Of a stretch of DNA of 64,000 nucleotides, positions 1-9,435 are shown piece after piece. The position numbers were made by a program, and so were the translations under genes. Source of the stretch: Sulfolobales archaeon (GTDB taxonomy: Archaea; Thermoproteota; Thermoprotei_A; Sulfolobales; AG1). The notes below the pieces were generated by a model. It did not search any database and was not told the DNA's origin. It saw only the letters and a program-made list of their open reading frames with translations. Where the stretch lies: assembly GCA_038867615.1 (NCBI GenBank), contig JAWBYA010000001.1, positions 288,001 through 352,000 of the forward strand. The letters run 5' to 3'. Within the stretch, counting starts at the first letter, position 1. Each line of letters starts with the position of its first letter.

Positions 1-74
1 TCTTGGCGAGCTAAGCGTAAAAACAGTGTTACTATTTTTAGCTACCCATATCTATAGCATAGTGGATACCTGTT

Positions 75-587
75 ATGATACTCTGGAGCGTGCATCCTAA
101 ACATATTGATCATGCTAGGCTTAACATTCTCTGGAGATCAGCGTTGCTCGCTAGAGAGATAATTGAGGGGAGGGTTAGGGGGTATAAGGGGAATATCTCC
201 CTCTACAGGTTTATGGCCCACCCGGAGAAGGTTAAGGCGATAAACACCTATATATATTACATATGGCTCGAGGCTAGGGAGAGGGGGTATAGATATGCCG
301 TTGATGAGGCGTTGAAAAAGGATCTAATAGACATCGAGATAAAGATCCCGATAACCAGTGGACAGCTAGCCCTCGAGATATGGAGGCTTCTCTCAAGAAT
401 AGCCAGATCCAACCCCAAGTGGATCTCCAAACTAACCCTAGCCCCGTGCTTCGAAGCCAACCCGGTCTTCAAAGTAGTTGAGGGGCCTCCAGATCCTCGT
501 GAAAGAATACCGAGGGAGGCTCTCAACAGGCTCTATAGGAGCTTCCCCTTCAAGGGCGTAGAGATCCCTATAAAGATATGTGTATAG
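75..587 (+). CDS. Pyrimidine dimer DNA glycosylase / endonuclease V (Pyr_excise)-like protein, divergent active site
   Basis: N-terminus [12 protein letters not shown]...LWRSALLA...GY...LYRF and later [23 protein letters not shown] match the MRLWSLHPKYLD family pattern. Confidence 0.75.
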   Translation: MILWSVHPKHIDHARLNILWRSALLAREIIEGRVRGYKGNISLYRFMAHPEKVKAINTYIYYIWLEARERGYRYAVDEALKKDLIDIEIKIPITSGQLALEIWRLLSRIARSNPKWISKLTLAPCFEANPVFKVVEGPPDPRERIPREALNRLYRSFPFKGVEIPIKICV

Positions 588-673
588 CTATCCACACGGG
601 TCATAATGCTAAGATAACGATCAAAAGAGACATGGATATCAACTCCCAGGCAAAACCTACCTCGGGGGTTGTT

Positions 674-1219
674 TTGAAAACCTATAGGGTTAGGGATACA
701 GAGATCCATGTTATTAAAGGCGACATAACAGAGATCGAGGCAGACGCTATAGTTAACGCAGCCAACCCCTACCTAGAACACGGAGGCGGGGTAGCACTAG
801 CCATAGTGAGAAAAGGAGGCGAGGTTATCCAGGAGGAGAGTAGAAAATATGTGAGAGAACACGGCCCAGTCCCGGTAGGAGGAGTTGCAGTAACATCTGC
901 TGGTAGACTTAAGGCTAGATATGTGATCCACGCCGTCGGCCCCAGATACGGAGAAGAGGGAGGCGATGAAAAACTAGCATCCGCAATAAGATCCTCGCTC
1001 GATAAGGCCGAGGAGCTGGGCCTAAGATCAATAGCCCTTCCAGCAATATCCACAGGGATCTATGGCTATCCATATAGGAGAGCAGCAGAGATCATGGCAA
1101 ATGTACTTAAGAACTATAACTATAAATCCTTAAAGAGAGTAATAGTATGCCTCTACGGGGATGAAGCCTACAAAACATTCGAAGATGTCTTCGAAAAGAT
1201 CCTAAGAAGCATAGCGTAA
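674..1219 (+). CDS. Macro domain protein (ADP-ribose binding / O-acetyl-ADP-ribose deacetylase)
   Basis: [34 protein letters not shown] motifs; TTG at 674 after GGGGG chosen over the ORF-track start at 578. Confidence 0.93.
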   Translation: MKTYRVRDTEIHVIKGDITEIEADAIVNAANPYLEHGGGVALAIVRKGGEVIQEESRKYVREHGPVPVGGVAVTSAGRLKARYVIHAVGPRYGEEGGDEKLASAIRSSLDKAEELGLRSIALPAISTGIYGYPYRRAAEIMANVLKNYNYKSLKRVIVCLYGDEAYKTFEDVFEKILRSIA

Positions 1220-1499
1220 CCTATTATGCTAAAATCTAATACATTTAGATCCCAGAAGGTTTGGAATAGATATCTAGGATCCTTGCTTGATTATTGGTTT
1301 AGGAAGGGCCGTAGGGGTTGTTGTAGATCAGGCATTGCTGTTGTTATATTTAGCTGCAAAGATAGATCGTATCTGTGGAGAACCCGATTTCGTCCTTAAA
1401 CAACCATAATATAAGTTATTGTTCTTTCTTCACATCAGCATCTGGCTTGATCGTATATAAGTGCAGGGATCAGGGCTCTCTAGAGTAGGCTTTTCTGTA

Positions 1500-1730
1500 G
1501 TTCTGCGAGAACACGGTAGAAGCTTTATTATTCTATGGTAGGTCCAGGATGTGGAGGTTTCCCCACAGCTATGAACCAGAGCAATGCTATGAGGGGGAGC
1601 TGTGGGTTGGGGTCACCCCGAATGGGTGGAGGCCAATGATAAGGGCTCCAATGAAAGAAGCTCTGAGGTCTATGAAGCCAAGGAAAGAACGGTTGATACA
1701 AAATATCAACCGCTATGAAACCCGAACCTC
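1500..1730 (+). mobile_element. Decayed IS200/IS605 tnpB 3'-end / omegaRNA-like remnant, copy 1
   Basis: Homologous to 23915-24125(-): identical GCTGTGGGTTGGGGT (1599-1613) and AACCGCTATGAAACCCGAA (1708-1726); perfect hairpin CGGTTGATA-caaaa-TATCAACCG (1690-1712); translation MWRFPH...WVGVTPNGWRPM resembles archaeal TnpB C-terminal tails. Confidence 0.6.
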
Positions 1731-1774
1731 TGCAAAAACCCTGTAAAACCTTAACATTCCCTGGAAACGGTATT

Positions 1775-2299
1775 TCACAGTATCATGTTAGGTATGAGGA
1801 GCTTTTTCACGGTCTCTGCTAATTTGTTGAGCAGTTCTTTTGAACCTTGATTTTTAAAGATGCTATTTAGCTTTTCGCACGCCTCTCTACTTTTAAGCCT
1901 TCTTAAAAAGCTTGGTTCTCTACATGAAGATTCGCTGGATCTACATATTATAGCCTCCTCAATATTGGGATCAAATATTAAGGCTTTAATAGCGTTATTT
2001 CTTTTATAATGACCTACATAGATCCCTTGCCCAACTTGCTCAAGCTCGAAGTTTTCATCTATGTAGCTCCTTGAAGATCCCTCCTCATAGTCTATGACTG
2101 CTATTATCAGATGATTGGGATAGGTCTTAGAGATATCGATAATCGCGCGGATAACCCTATCACGCCCCATAACGTTTTTATGTCTTACCGGTTTTTCTAC
2201 ATTTATTTTGAGAGTCTTTTCGAGAAAATCTAGTAGTTTCTCAAATAAACATTTATTAGCATAGCACTCAGCCACAGCTATGGCTAAGAACCTCTTCAC
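1775..2299 (-). CDS. Hypothetical TOPRIM-like (DUF4435/DUF3226-like) partner of the ATPase
   Basis: Overlaps the ATPase stop (GTGA); beta-strand-E (IAVAEC) and IAVIDYE acidic motifs. Confidence 0.55.
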   Translation of the reverse strand: MKRFLAIAVAECYANKCLFEKLLDFLEKTLKINVEKPVRHKNVMGRDRVIRAIIDISKTYPNHLIIAVIDYEEGSSRSYIDENFELEQVGQGIYVGHYKRNNAIKALIFDPNIEEAIICRSSESSCREPSFLRRLKSREACEKLNSIFKNQGSKELLNKLAETVKKLLIPNMIL

Positions 2300-3417
2300 C
2301 CCCGGACATATTTCTTTAAAATCTCACCCGGTTTCATGTGAAGTAGCTCCTCAGCAGTCACAATCTCTGACGAGAGTCTCTTTATATCTATCTCCTTAAG
2401 CTTTGTGGTTCCCCGACGATCCCTAAAGACGTAGTAGGTCTTAATATCTCTCACCTTATCCCAGAGCATGGAAATAAGTAGGGGGTTATGTGTGGTAGTT
2501 ACTACGTAGGCTATATCGAGGATCTCAGAAATATATTGCGCCAGGAGATCAATGAAATAGGGGAATAAGTGTGACTCTGGCTCCTCTAGTAGGAGTATAT
2601 GTCTTTTCTCTAAACCATACATCTTGACATAGTTCTTGGTTGACTGTATAGCTAACAAATAATACAGAGATCTTAATATTGTATCTGACACAGCGTTTGC
2701 CTCGACCTCTACATCATGATCAAAGATCGTTATAGCGCCAGATCTGAGAGTTTTTACTTCAACCTTGCCTATGTACTCTTCAATAATATTATTAATATCT
2801 CTTACTATGCTTGGTGAAGATTTTATAATAACTGGTGCGTTCCACCCGAGCTCGCTCAAAACATTCTTTGGATAGAGACGCGAGTTAGATCCCTTTAGGT
2901 ATATGTGGAAACCGCATGGGAATGAGTACATGCATTGTTGTACCGATAAGCCATACCTATCATAGGCGTATAGCCTTGCCTCAAAAAAATTATTTCCAAT
3001 AGCATTAATTAGAGAGTCTTTTAGGAAGAAAGTACTTAAAGAACGAAGATTAAAGTCCCAATACATATTTTTACTATTAATATGTAGATACATGTTGCCT
3101 CTCTCGAAGAAGATCTTAATGTTGAGGGCTAGATTCTTATTTGATATAGAGATAGTTATGGGTCTAGATATGTCTTCATTCCTAAAGAGGTTCTTCTGCT
3201 CACTAAATCTAAGTATGTATGAGGGCTCTTCGAGGTAATTCACCTTGTTTCCATACTCCTTGTCAAGCATGATGAACCTATTAAGATAACCTGCAAGCTC
3301 TATCGCATCAAGGATGTTTGACTTACCGCTAGCTGGTGGCCCGATAAGAATCGTTAGTGGTGCTAGCTCTATTTTAAGATCCTCTATGCTTCGGAAATTC
3401 GATATTGATACCCTCAT
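2296..3417 (-). CDS. ABC/AAA_21-type ATPase (OLD/AbiEii-like)
   Basis: ISNFRSI start, Walker A GPPASGKS, Walker B LLLEEPESHL, H-loop TTHNP; start set at ATG 3417. Confidence 0.88.
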   Translation of the reverse strand: MRVSISNFRSIEDLKIELAPLTILIGPPASGKSNILDAIELAGYLNRFIMLDKEYGNKVNYLEEPSYILRFSEQKNLFRNEDISRPITISISNKNLALNIKIFFERGNMYLHINSKNMYWDFNLRSLSTFFLKDSLINAIGNNFFEARLYAYDRYGLSVQQCMYSFPCGFHIYLKGSNSRLYPKNVLSELGWNAPVIIKSSPSIVRDINNIIEEYIGKVEVKTLRSGAITIFDHDVEVEANAVSDTILRSLYYLLAIQSTKNYVKMYGLEKRHILLLEEPESHLFPYFIDLLAQYISEILDIAYVVTTTHNPLLISMLWDKVRDIKTYYVFRDRRGTTKLKEIDIKRLSSEIVTAEELLHMKPGEILKKYVRG

Positions 3418-3639
3418 AGCGTGTATCCATGATCTTTTCTTCTCAAGGTTATTAACCCTTAGCCCTAGGTTATATTGATTTACGAAGATCCGTACTCTGT
3501 GCCTCTGTTTAAAGTATGGTGAGCATGTCAAGTCTTATAGCTGTATTTTGATAAGCATAACGATCCTTATCTGTGGCTGATTATCTACAGATGTATTTGA
3601 ACGTATATCGGCTTTATAATATTTAATTAGGTGCTCACT

Positions 3640-4338
3640 ATGCTGGTTGGTTTTTGGCTTGGCAGGGTTGGTTATGAATATGCCCATAGACTCCAGTTGG
3701 GGCTTGTTGAGGCTAGGGCTAGGGGGGATGTTGGTGATCTCGTGCTTCTCATGGAGCATGACCATGTGTATACGCTTGGTAGGAAGGGGGGCGTGGTTTA
3801 CGATCCAAGGGGAGTCCCTGTGTATAGGGTTGAGAGGGGTGGTTATGCTACATACCACGGTCCTGGTCAGCTTGTTGGATACCCTATAATAGATCTTAGT
3901 TCGAGAGGGCTTACCGTTGTTGGGTATATAAGGCTGCTTGAGGACGTGATAATAAGATCTCTGAAGAGGCTTGGTGTAGAAGCCTCCCGGGTCGAGGGTT
4001 TCTCAGGTGTGTGGTGTGGGGGGAAGAAGGTTGCGTCTATTGGGATAGCTGTTAAGGGCTGGATCACTTATCACGGCTTTGCTGTAAATGTGAAAGCCGA
4101 TCTGGGTTACTTCGACAATATAGATCCGTGTAATCTGGGGCAGGGGGTCATGGTAAATGTGTCGGATATCGTTAAGACCGATATAGATCTCAGAGGATAT
4201 GCTGAAGAAATATTCGAAGAACTGACATACGCTCTGAGAGATAGAGGCGTTGTAGTTGATCTTGTGGGAGGCGTGGGGATTGATACTATTATAAACACCT
4301 ATAGACAGCTTATCAGAGCCTCTAGAATATCATCCTAG
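3640..4338 (+). CDS. lipB: Lipoyl(octanoyl) transferase
   Basis: EHDHVYTLG, RGGYATYHGPGQLVGYPI, KVASIG, HGFAVNV, PC motifs. Confidence 0.93.
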   Translation: MLVGFWLGRVGYEYAHRLQLGLVEARARGDVGDLVLLMEHDHVYTLGRKGGVVYDPRGVPVYRVERGGYATYHGPGQLVGYPIIDLSSRGLTVVGYIRLLEDVIIRSLKRLGVEASRVEGFSGVWCGGKKVASIGIAVKGWITYHGFAVNVKADLGYFDNIDPCNLGQGVMVNVSDIVKTDIDLRGYAEEIFEELTYALRDRGVVVDLVGGVGIDTIINTYRQLIRASRISS

Positions 4339-4397
4339 TAGTGGTTCAGTGTTTGTTTTTAATAGTGCTTTCGCATATTATTCTGGTATGTTGCTTC

Positions 4398-5081
4398 TTG
4401 GGCAGCTCTATCGACTCCCTAGTGCTCTCGTATCTCAAGAAGCATCCCTACTCGAAACCGAGGGAGATTGCCGACGGGCTTGGCTTTAGCATTGTTACTA
4501 TTAGGTATTCACTGCTCAGGCTTAGAGAGAGGGGATTGGTTGTTAGGACTAGCAAGGGTTATGTTGCGAGGGGCTATGCGGCTAGAGAACCCGGGGCTGG
4601 CGAGATCCCAGCACCACAGGAGCCCGGGCTTAAGAAGGAGATCGAGGATCTCAAGGACAGGGTTTCGGAGCTTGAGAAAACATTGGAGGATGTTCTTGAG
4701 AATCTTTCAAGGCTTGAGAAGGAGGTTTCGGAACTGAAGGTCTTTGTAAAGGCTCTCCAAGGATCTGGGGGTGTTTTGAGAGGGCGTAGGGATCCTTTCC
4801 TCGATAGATTGTCGCAGGAGAAGGTGATGACAATATCAGAGGCTAGGAGGGAGGCTTCTAAGTCTATGGATAGTCTTGAGTACTATGTGGATAAGGGGTA
4901 CGCCGTGATCGTTGGGGATTTTGTAGCTGATAAGGCTTTCTACGAGGCTTTGTTATCGAGAATGCCTATAAGGGTTGAGGATATGAATAACCTCTCAGCT
5001 AAGGAGAAGATCCTTGTAGAGGCAATGATCTCCGAGGGGATAGCGTATGTTGATAAGGGTAGGGAGGTGAGGCTGGCATGA
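4398..5081 (+). CDS. Winged-HTH protein with coiled coil (putative regulator)
   Basis: N-terminal wHTH (PREIADGLG...RYSLLRLRERGLV), heptad coiled coil (LKKEIEDLKDRVSELEKTL); overlaps the lipA start. Confidence 0.7.
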   Translation: MGSSIDSLVLSYLKKHPYSKPREIADGLGFSIVTIRYSLLRLRERGLVVRTSKGYVARGYAAREPGAGEIPAPQEPGLKKEIEDLKDRVSELEKTLEDVLENLSRLEKEVSELKVFVKALQGSGGVLRGRRDPFLDRLSQEKVMTISEARREASKSMDSLEYYVDKGYAVIVGDFVADKAFYEALLSRMPIRVEDMNNLSAKEKILVEAMISEGIAYVDKGREVRLA

Positions 5082-5980
5082 CTAGCCACGGATCCCCAAT
5101 CCCGGAATGGATAAAGGTGAAAGCACTGAGACTCGAGGGTTTCGATGACGTTAAATATATCTTGAGAAGCCTTGGACTCTCAACAGTATGTGAAGAAGCC
5201 AGATGCCCCAATATATATGAGTGTTGGAACGATGCCACAGCTACGTTCATGCTCCTTGGAGAGACCTGTACGAGGTCATGTAGATTCTGCTCTGTCAAGA
5301 CAAGCAACCCCAGGGGCTGGGTGGATCCTTCAGAACCGTATAAGGTGGCTATGGCTATCCAATACCTAGGGCTCGACTATGCGGTGCTCACTATGGTTTG
5401 TAGAGACGATCTTGCAGACGGAGGCGCCTCCCACATGGCGAGGGCTGTTGCGGAGATTAAGAGAAGATCTCCATCGACGATGGTCGAGCTCCTCCTATGC
5501 GATATGGGCGGTAAGAGAGAAGCTATAGAGGTTGTCGTCGGCTCAGGTGCAGAGGTTCTGGGGCATAATATAGAGACTGTTAGGAGGCTTACACCTATCG
5601 TGAGGGATAGGAGGGCTAGTTATGAGAGATCCCTGGAGGTTCTGAGGAGTTTTAAAGAGATCGCTAGGATTAAGGGGAGAAAGATCCTGACCAAATCATC
5701 AATAATACTGGGGTTTGGAGAGAGCTTCGAGGAGGTTCTGGAGACGCTCAGGGATCTTAGAGAGGCTGAGGTGGATATAGTCACAATCGGGCAGTATCTA
5801 AGACCGACTAGCAGTCCTAGAAACATACCGGTGGCTAGATATGTACCGCCAGAGGTTTTCGAGAAGCTGAGGGTCGAGGCATACAGGCTGGGGTTTAGAT
5901 ATGTAGCCTCAGGCCCTCTGGTTAGGAGTAGCTATAGAGCTTCCGAGGCCTATGCTAAGGCGATCCTCAAAAGCCTATAG
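5078..5980 (+). CDS. lipA: Lipoyl synthase
   Basis: CEEARCPNIYEC, CTRSCRFC radical SAM motif, GQYL, RSSY. Confidence 0.96.
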   Translation: MTSHGSPIPEWIKVKALRLEGFDDVKYILRSLGLSTVCEEARCPNIYECWNDATATFMLLGETCTRSCRFCSVKTSNPRGWVDPSEPYKVAMAIQYLGLDYAVLTMVCRDDLADGGASHMARAVAEIKRRSPSTMVELLLCDMGGKREAIEVVVGSGAEVLGHNIETVRRLTPIVRDRRASYERSLEVLRSFKEIARIKGRKILTKSSIILGFGESFEEVLETLRDLREAEVDIVTIGQYLRPTSSPRNIPVARYVPPEVFEKLRVEAYRLGFRYVASGPLVRSSYRASEAYAKAILKSL

Positions 5981-6017
5981 CTATAAATGCCCTTAGCCAT
6001 ATAGTCTCGGTGAAGAT

Positions 6018-6932
6018 TTGACCAAGCTGAGATGGACTTTGAGAGAGCTTATAGCATCGGGGGAAACAATACCCGTCCCCGGGGTTTATGCCCCATCTAT
6101 AGCTATGCTTGCAGAGAGGCTGGGCTTCAAGGCTGTCTATCTAAGCGGGGCTGCTCTTACAGGTCTTCTAGGGATGCCTGACCTCGGGATCATAACCCTC
6201 ACGGAGGTCGCTATGTTTACCAAATACATCTCGGAGAAGATCTCCATACCACTCATAGTTGATGCCGACACAGGGTTTGGAGAGGCTATAAATGTCTCAA
6301 GGGCTGTAAGGGTTCTCGAGGATGCAGGGGCCTCGGCTATACAGATAGAGGATCAGGTTATGCCTAAGAAGTGCGGCCATCTCTCGGGGAAAGAGGTGGT
6401 TCCTGTTGAGGAGATGGTTAAAAAGATCGTGATGGCTGTTAATAGTAGAAGGAGCGAGGATTTCCTCATAGTAGCTAGGACAGATGCCCGTGGCGTGACT
6501 GGGATTGATGATGCCATAGAGAGGGCGAGGATCTATGTAGAAGCCGGGGCTGACATAATATTCCCAGAGGCTCTTGAGAGTGCTGAGGAGTTCAGGAGAT
6601 TCGCTCGAGAGGTTAGAGCACCACTCATGGCTAACATGACAGAGTTTGGTAAATCACCACTGCTTAGTGTGAAGGAGCTGGGGGATATGGGGTATAGGTT
6701 GGTGATATTCCCTGCAACGACTTTTAGGGCGAGTATGATGGCTTCCAAAAGGATTCTCGAGATTATAAGGGATAAGGGTACACAGAGGGATCATCTAGAT
6801 CTTTTGATGAGTAGGAGTGAATTCTACAGCTTAATAAACTACTATGGCTATGAGGAGGAGGATAGGAGGGTTGATTCGATAGCTAGAGGGTTGCTGGAAA
6901 GAGTAAAGCGATCTGCAGGGTTAAAGATATAA
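6018..6932 (+). CDS. prpB: Methylisocitrate lyase
   Basis: DADTGFG, IEDQVMPKKCGH, ARTDA, NMTEFGKSP. Confidence 0.92.
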   Translation: MTKLRWTLRELIASGETIPVPGVYAPSIAMLAERLGFKAVYLSGAALTGLLGMPDLGIITLTEVAMFTKYISEKISIPLIVDADTGFGEAINVSRAVRVLEDAGASAIQIEDQVMPKKCGHLSGKEVVPVEEMVKKIVMAVNSRRSEDFLIVARTDARGVTGIDDAIERARIYVEAGADIIFPEALESAEEFRRFAREVRAPLMANMTEFGKSPLLSVKELGDMGYRLVIFPATTFRASMMASKRILEIIRDKGTQRDHLDLLMSRSEFYSLINYYGYEEEDRRVDSIARGLLERVKRSAGLKI

Positions 6933-6966
6933 GATCCTTAAGAAGTATATACCTAAGGTAGTGTGA

Positions 6967-7830
6967 TTGCTCAGAATCACAGAGATCCTTGGCGAAGAGG
7001 AGCTGAATCTTATAAAGAGCTTCTTCTCCCTCTCGGAGTACGAGGCAAGGATCTATCTAGCACTAGCTATACTAGGGCCCATGGGGATCTCGAGATTGGC
7101 GGAAGTCTCGGGCGTACCTAGGACTAAGTGCTATAGTGTTGCTAGATCCCTGATCTCGAAGGGCATGGCTTTCAAGACATCCTCAAAACCCTTTATAGTG
7201 TCTGCAATAGATCCTGAGGCATTGCCTTGGAGGATTGCTGAGGATAGGTGTAGAGAAGCTAAGGATAAGGCTTCGCAGGTGGTTCAGAGTATCAGGAGGA
7301 TCAGGGATTCCCTTGGTAGGGGGGCTACTGAGGAGGCTGAGAGGCTGGATCTAGCTGGGATAATTATAATAAGCAGCATCAACGATCTCGTGGCGAGCCT
7401 GGCTAGAGATATGGAGAAAGCTTCCAAGGAGGTGCTTATAGCTATTAGCAAGGCTCCGATAAAGTTTCCATGGAGAGATCTCATGATCCATGTGATCAAC
7501 GCTCTAGCCAGAGGTGTTGTTATAGAATACGCCGTCCCCAAGGATTCGTCAGTAGCTAAACACCTAAAACTCCTTATAGAAGGATCTAGCAGCTTGGTTG
7601 GCGGGAATGAAGGCGGGGGTCTTGGATCCTATTTCGAGAGACTCAGGATCAGAGAGAGCCTATATGCAGAAGCTCCTTTTATAGTGATTGATGATGAGAT
7701 AGTCTATAACATATTTACAGACCCGGCTAGAGGGGTTCACCTATTCACCATAAGATCCCGCAACTCTGCCTATGCGAGGAGCATGAGGATATATTTTGAT
7801 CTCCTAACGACCGGTGCTCCAACCACATAG
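6967..7830 (+). CDS. TrmB family transcriptional regulator
   Basis: LSEYEARIYLAL...SGVPRTKCYSV wHTH plus a C-terminal PLD-like effector domain (FIVIDDE). Confidence 0.85.
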   Translation: MLRITEILGEEELNLIKSFFSLSEYEARIYLALAILGPMGISRLAEVSGVPRTKCYSVARSLISKGMAFKTSSKPFIVSAIDPEALPWRIAEDRCREAKDKASQVVQSIRRIRDSLGRGATEEAERLDLAGIIIISSINDLVASLARDMEKASKEVLIAISKAPIKFPWRDLMIHVINALARGVVIEYAVPKDSSVAKHLKLLIEGSSSLVGGNEGGGLGSYFERLRIRESLYAEAPFIVIDDEIVYNIFTDPARGVHLFTIRSRNSAYARSMRIYFDLLTTGAPTT

Positions 7831-7903
7831 TCTTTGATCTATGAAGAACAGGTTTCTCTTGTCTAGCATCATCTATTAGGAAACAGCTGTTGGCAGCGTA
7901 GCA

Positions 7904-8695
7904 TCACTCCATGTATCGATCCACCCTATGTACGGACTCTCCGCGGTCCTGGGGTTCGAGTTCTTTGACTATGTTGGGATCTATTCTCCTCAGAAGATCT
8001 AGGTATTCTCTATCGTTTAGCAGCTTCTCATAGGCTTCTGTGAGATCCTTACTCCCCACCACATAGTCTCCTAGATATTTCACCGAGAACCTAACAGCGT
8101 CTTCAGCGTGTTTCTCATCTAAATAGCCTTTCGCTATCATTGCTAAAAGCTCTAGCGGTGTTGGTATTAGTTTCCAAAGCTTCTCAGCCCTTTTCCATCT
8201 AACGGTGCTAAGGATCTCTCTGAACCTCATATACCCATCTGCTATCACCACAGATGTCCTGGGGATCTCTACTGGTCTCTTGGTCTTTGGTTTGAAGAAC
8301 TCTATCCAAGGATCTGGATCTATTTTCCCATAGATCTTCAGCCTGGTATTTATAAGCAGGGAGGCCAGTTTATAGCCCATCTCGCTGAGTTCTTCTCGCC
8401 TTGTATCCTCATCATAACATATGATCTCTGAGTCTGGGTATTCTAGAGCCAGTCTAGGGATCTTTTTGATAACACTCCACCATATTCTTGCGAGCGAGGG
8501 GTTATAGTATCTAAGCGAGAGGTTCTCGATATTCTGTTCACTCCCACCTATACCCTCGACTACGAGGTCTATACAGAGGCTTTTTGGAAGAGGTAGGGCT
8601 ATACTCCTATACTGCTCTAAAAGCTGTTCAATATAATTGCTCAGCACATCAACAGCCCTCTCGATCCTTGGAAGACCTATGACCAGTTCAGTCAT
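7904..8695 (-). CDS. Hypothetical protein
   Basis: 263-aa ORF with host-like codon usage, no family recognised. Confidence 0.7.
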   Translation of the reverse strand: MTELVIGLPRIERAVDVLSNYIEQLLEQYRSIALPLPKSLCIDLVVEGIGGSEQNIENLSLRYYNPSLARIWWSVIKKIPRLALEYPDSEIICYDEDTRREELSEMGYKLASLLINTRLKIYGKIDPDPWIEFFKPKTKRPVEIPRTSVVIADGYMRFREILSTVRWKRAEKLWKLIPTPLELLAMIAKGYLDEKHAEDAVRFSVKYLGDYVVGSKDLTEAYEKLLNDREYLDLLRRIDPNIVKELEPQDRGESVHRVDRYME

Positions 8696-8790
8696 GCTCT
8701 CAATAGCTATAATAAAGCTAACACTCTTATAAAGGCCCTCTCGTCAATATGATATATGCTTCATTAGCACTAGATTCGGTGGTGTGTGCA

Positions 8791-9297
8791 TTGGGCCTAG
8801 AGTTTGTAGAAAAGATTGATTTGAAAAAACTTGTTGATATGCTTCTAGCAGCATATGCCGACGAGTGGATCGCTTCTTACTACTATACTCTCACAGCATA
8901 TACTATAAAGGGCCAGAATTCCGAGGAGATCTCGGAGCATTTCCTAGAAGAGGCTGAGGAAGAGTGGAAAAAACATGCTAGAATGATAGCTGATAGGCTC
9001 CAGGATCTCGACATAGATCCTCCGAGAGAGTTCAGCAAGCTATGGGAGATCTCGGGGTGTAAATACCCAGAGATCCCTAGTGATCCCTATGACATAGACG
9101 GATGGATCATAGCTGCTGTAAAGGCTGAGGAGTGCGCGATCAAGGCTTATAGAGAGCTCTACAGCTATACCCATGGGAAAGATCCTGTAACAGAGGAGCT
9201 AGCGGAAGATATATTGAGAGACGAGGTTAGACATAGAACAGCTCTCCTCAACCTCCTAAGCCGTGAGGGGGCGAAAAGGATCCAGGGTAGATCGTAG
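8791..9297 (+). CDS. DPS-like (DPSL) ferritin-family protein
   Basis: ADEW...YYY, EEW.KH, SGCKY, AEECAI, DEVRH di-iron motifs. Confidence 0.88.
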   Translation: MGLEFVEKIDLKKLVDMLLAAYADEWIASYYYTLTAYTIKGQNSEEISEHFLEEAEEEWKKHARMIADRLQDLDIDPPREFSKLWEISGCKYPEIPSDPYDIDGWIIAAVKAEECAIKAYRELYSYTHGKDPVTEELAEDILRDEVRHRTALLNLLSREGAKRIQGRS

Positions 9298-9363
9298 CTT
9301 TTTGTCCCAACCTATTGTTATTGCCTCATTCGTCAAACGGTTTTTTCTTTTCCCAGGATCCCC

Positions 9364-9435
9364 GAGGCTCTAAGGGGTTTGGTTGCGGGTGATAAGCAGC
9401 AATATATCAACCGCTGCGAAGCTCGAATCCTCACA
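9364..9435 (+). repeat. Third, degenerate copy of the IS605-like right-end hairpin
   Basis: GCGGGTGATA...TATCAACCGCTGCGAAGCTCGAATCC resembles CGGTTGATA...TATCAACCGCTATGAAACCCGAACC at 1690-1728. Confidence 0.45.

Noticed and set aside
1549-1746. 65-aa ORF (and the related 70-aa ORF at 23876-24088) as real small proteins
   Set aside because: The two ORFs have different starts and ends and indels between them; they are better explained as TnpB C-terminal tail/omegaRNA remnants.
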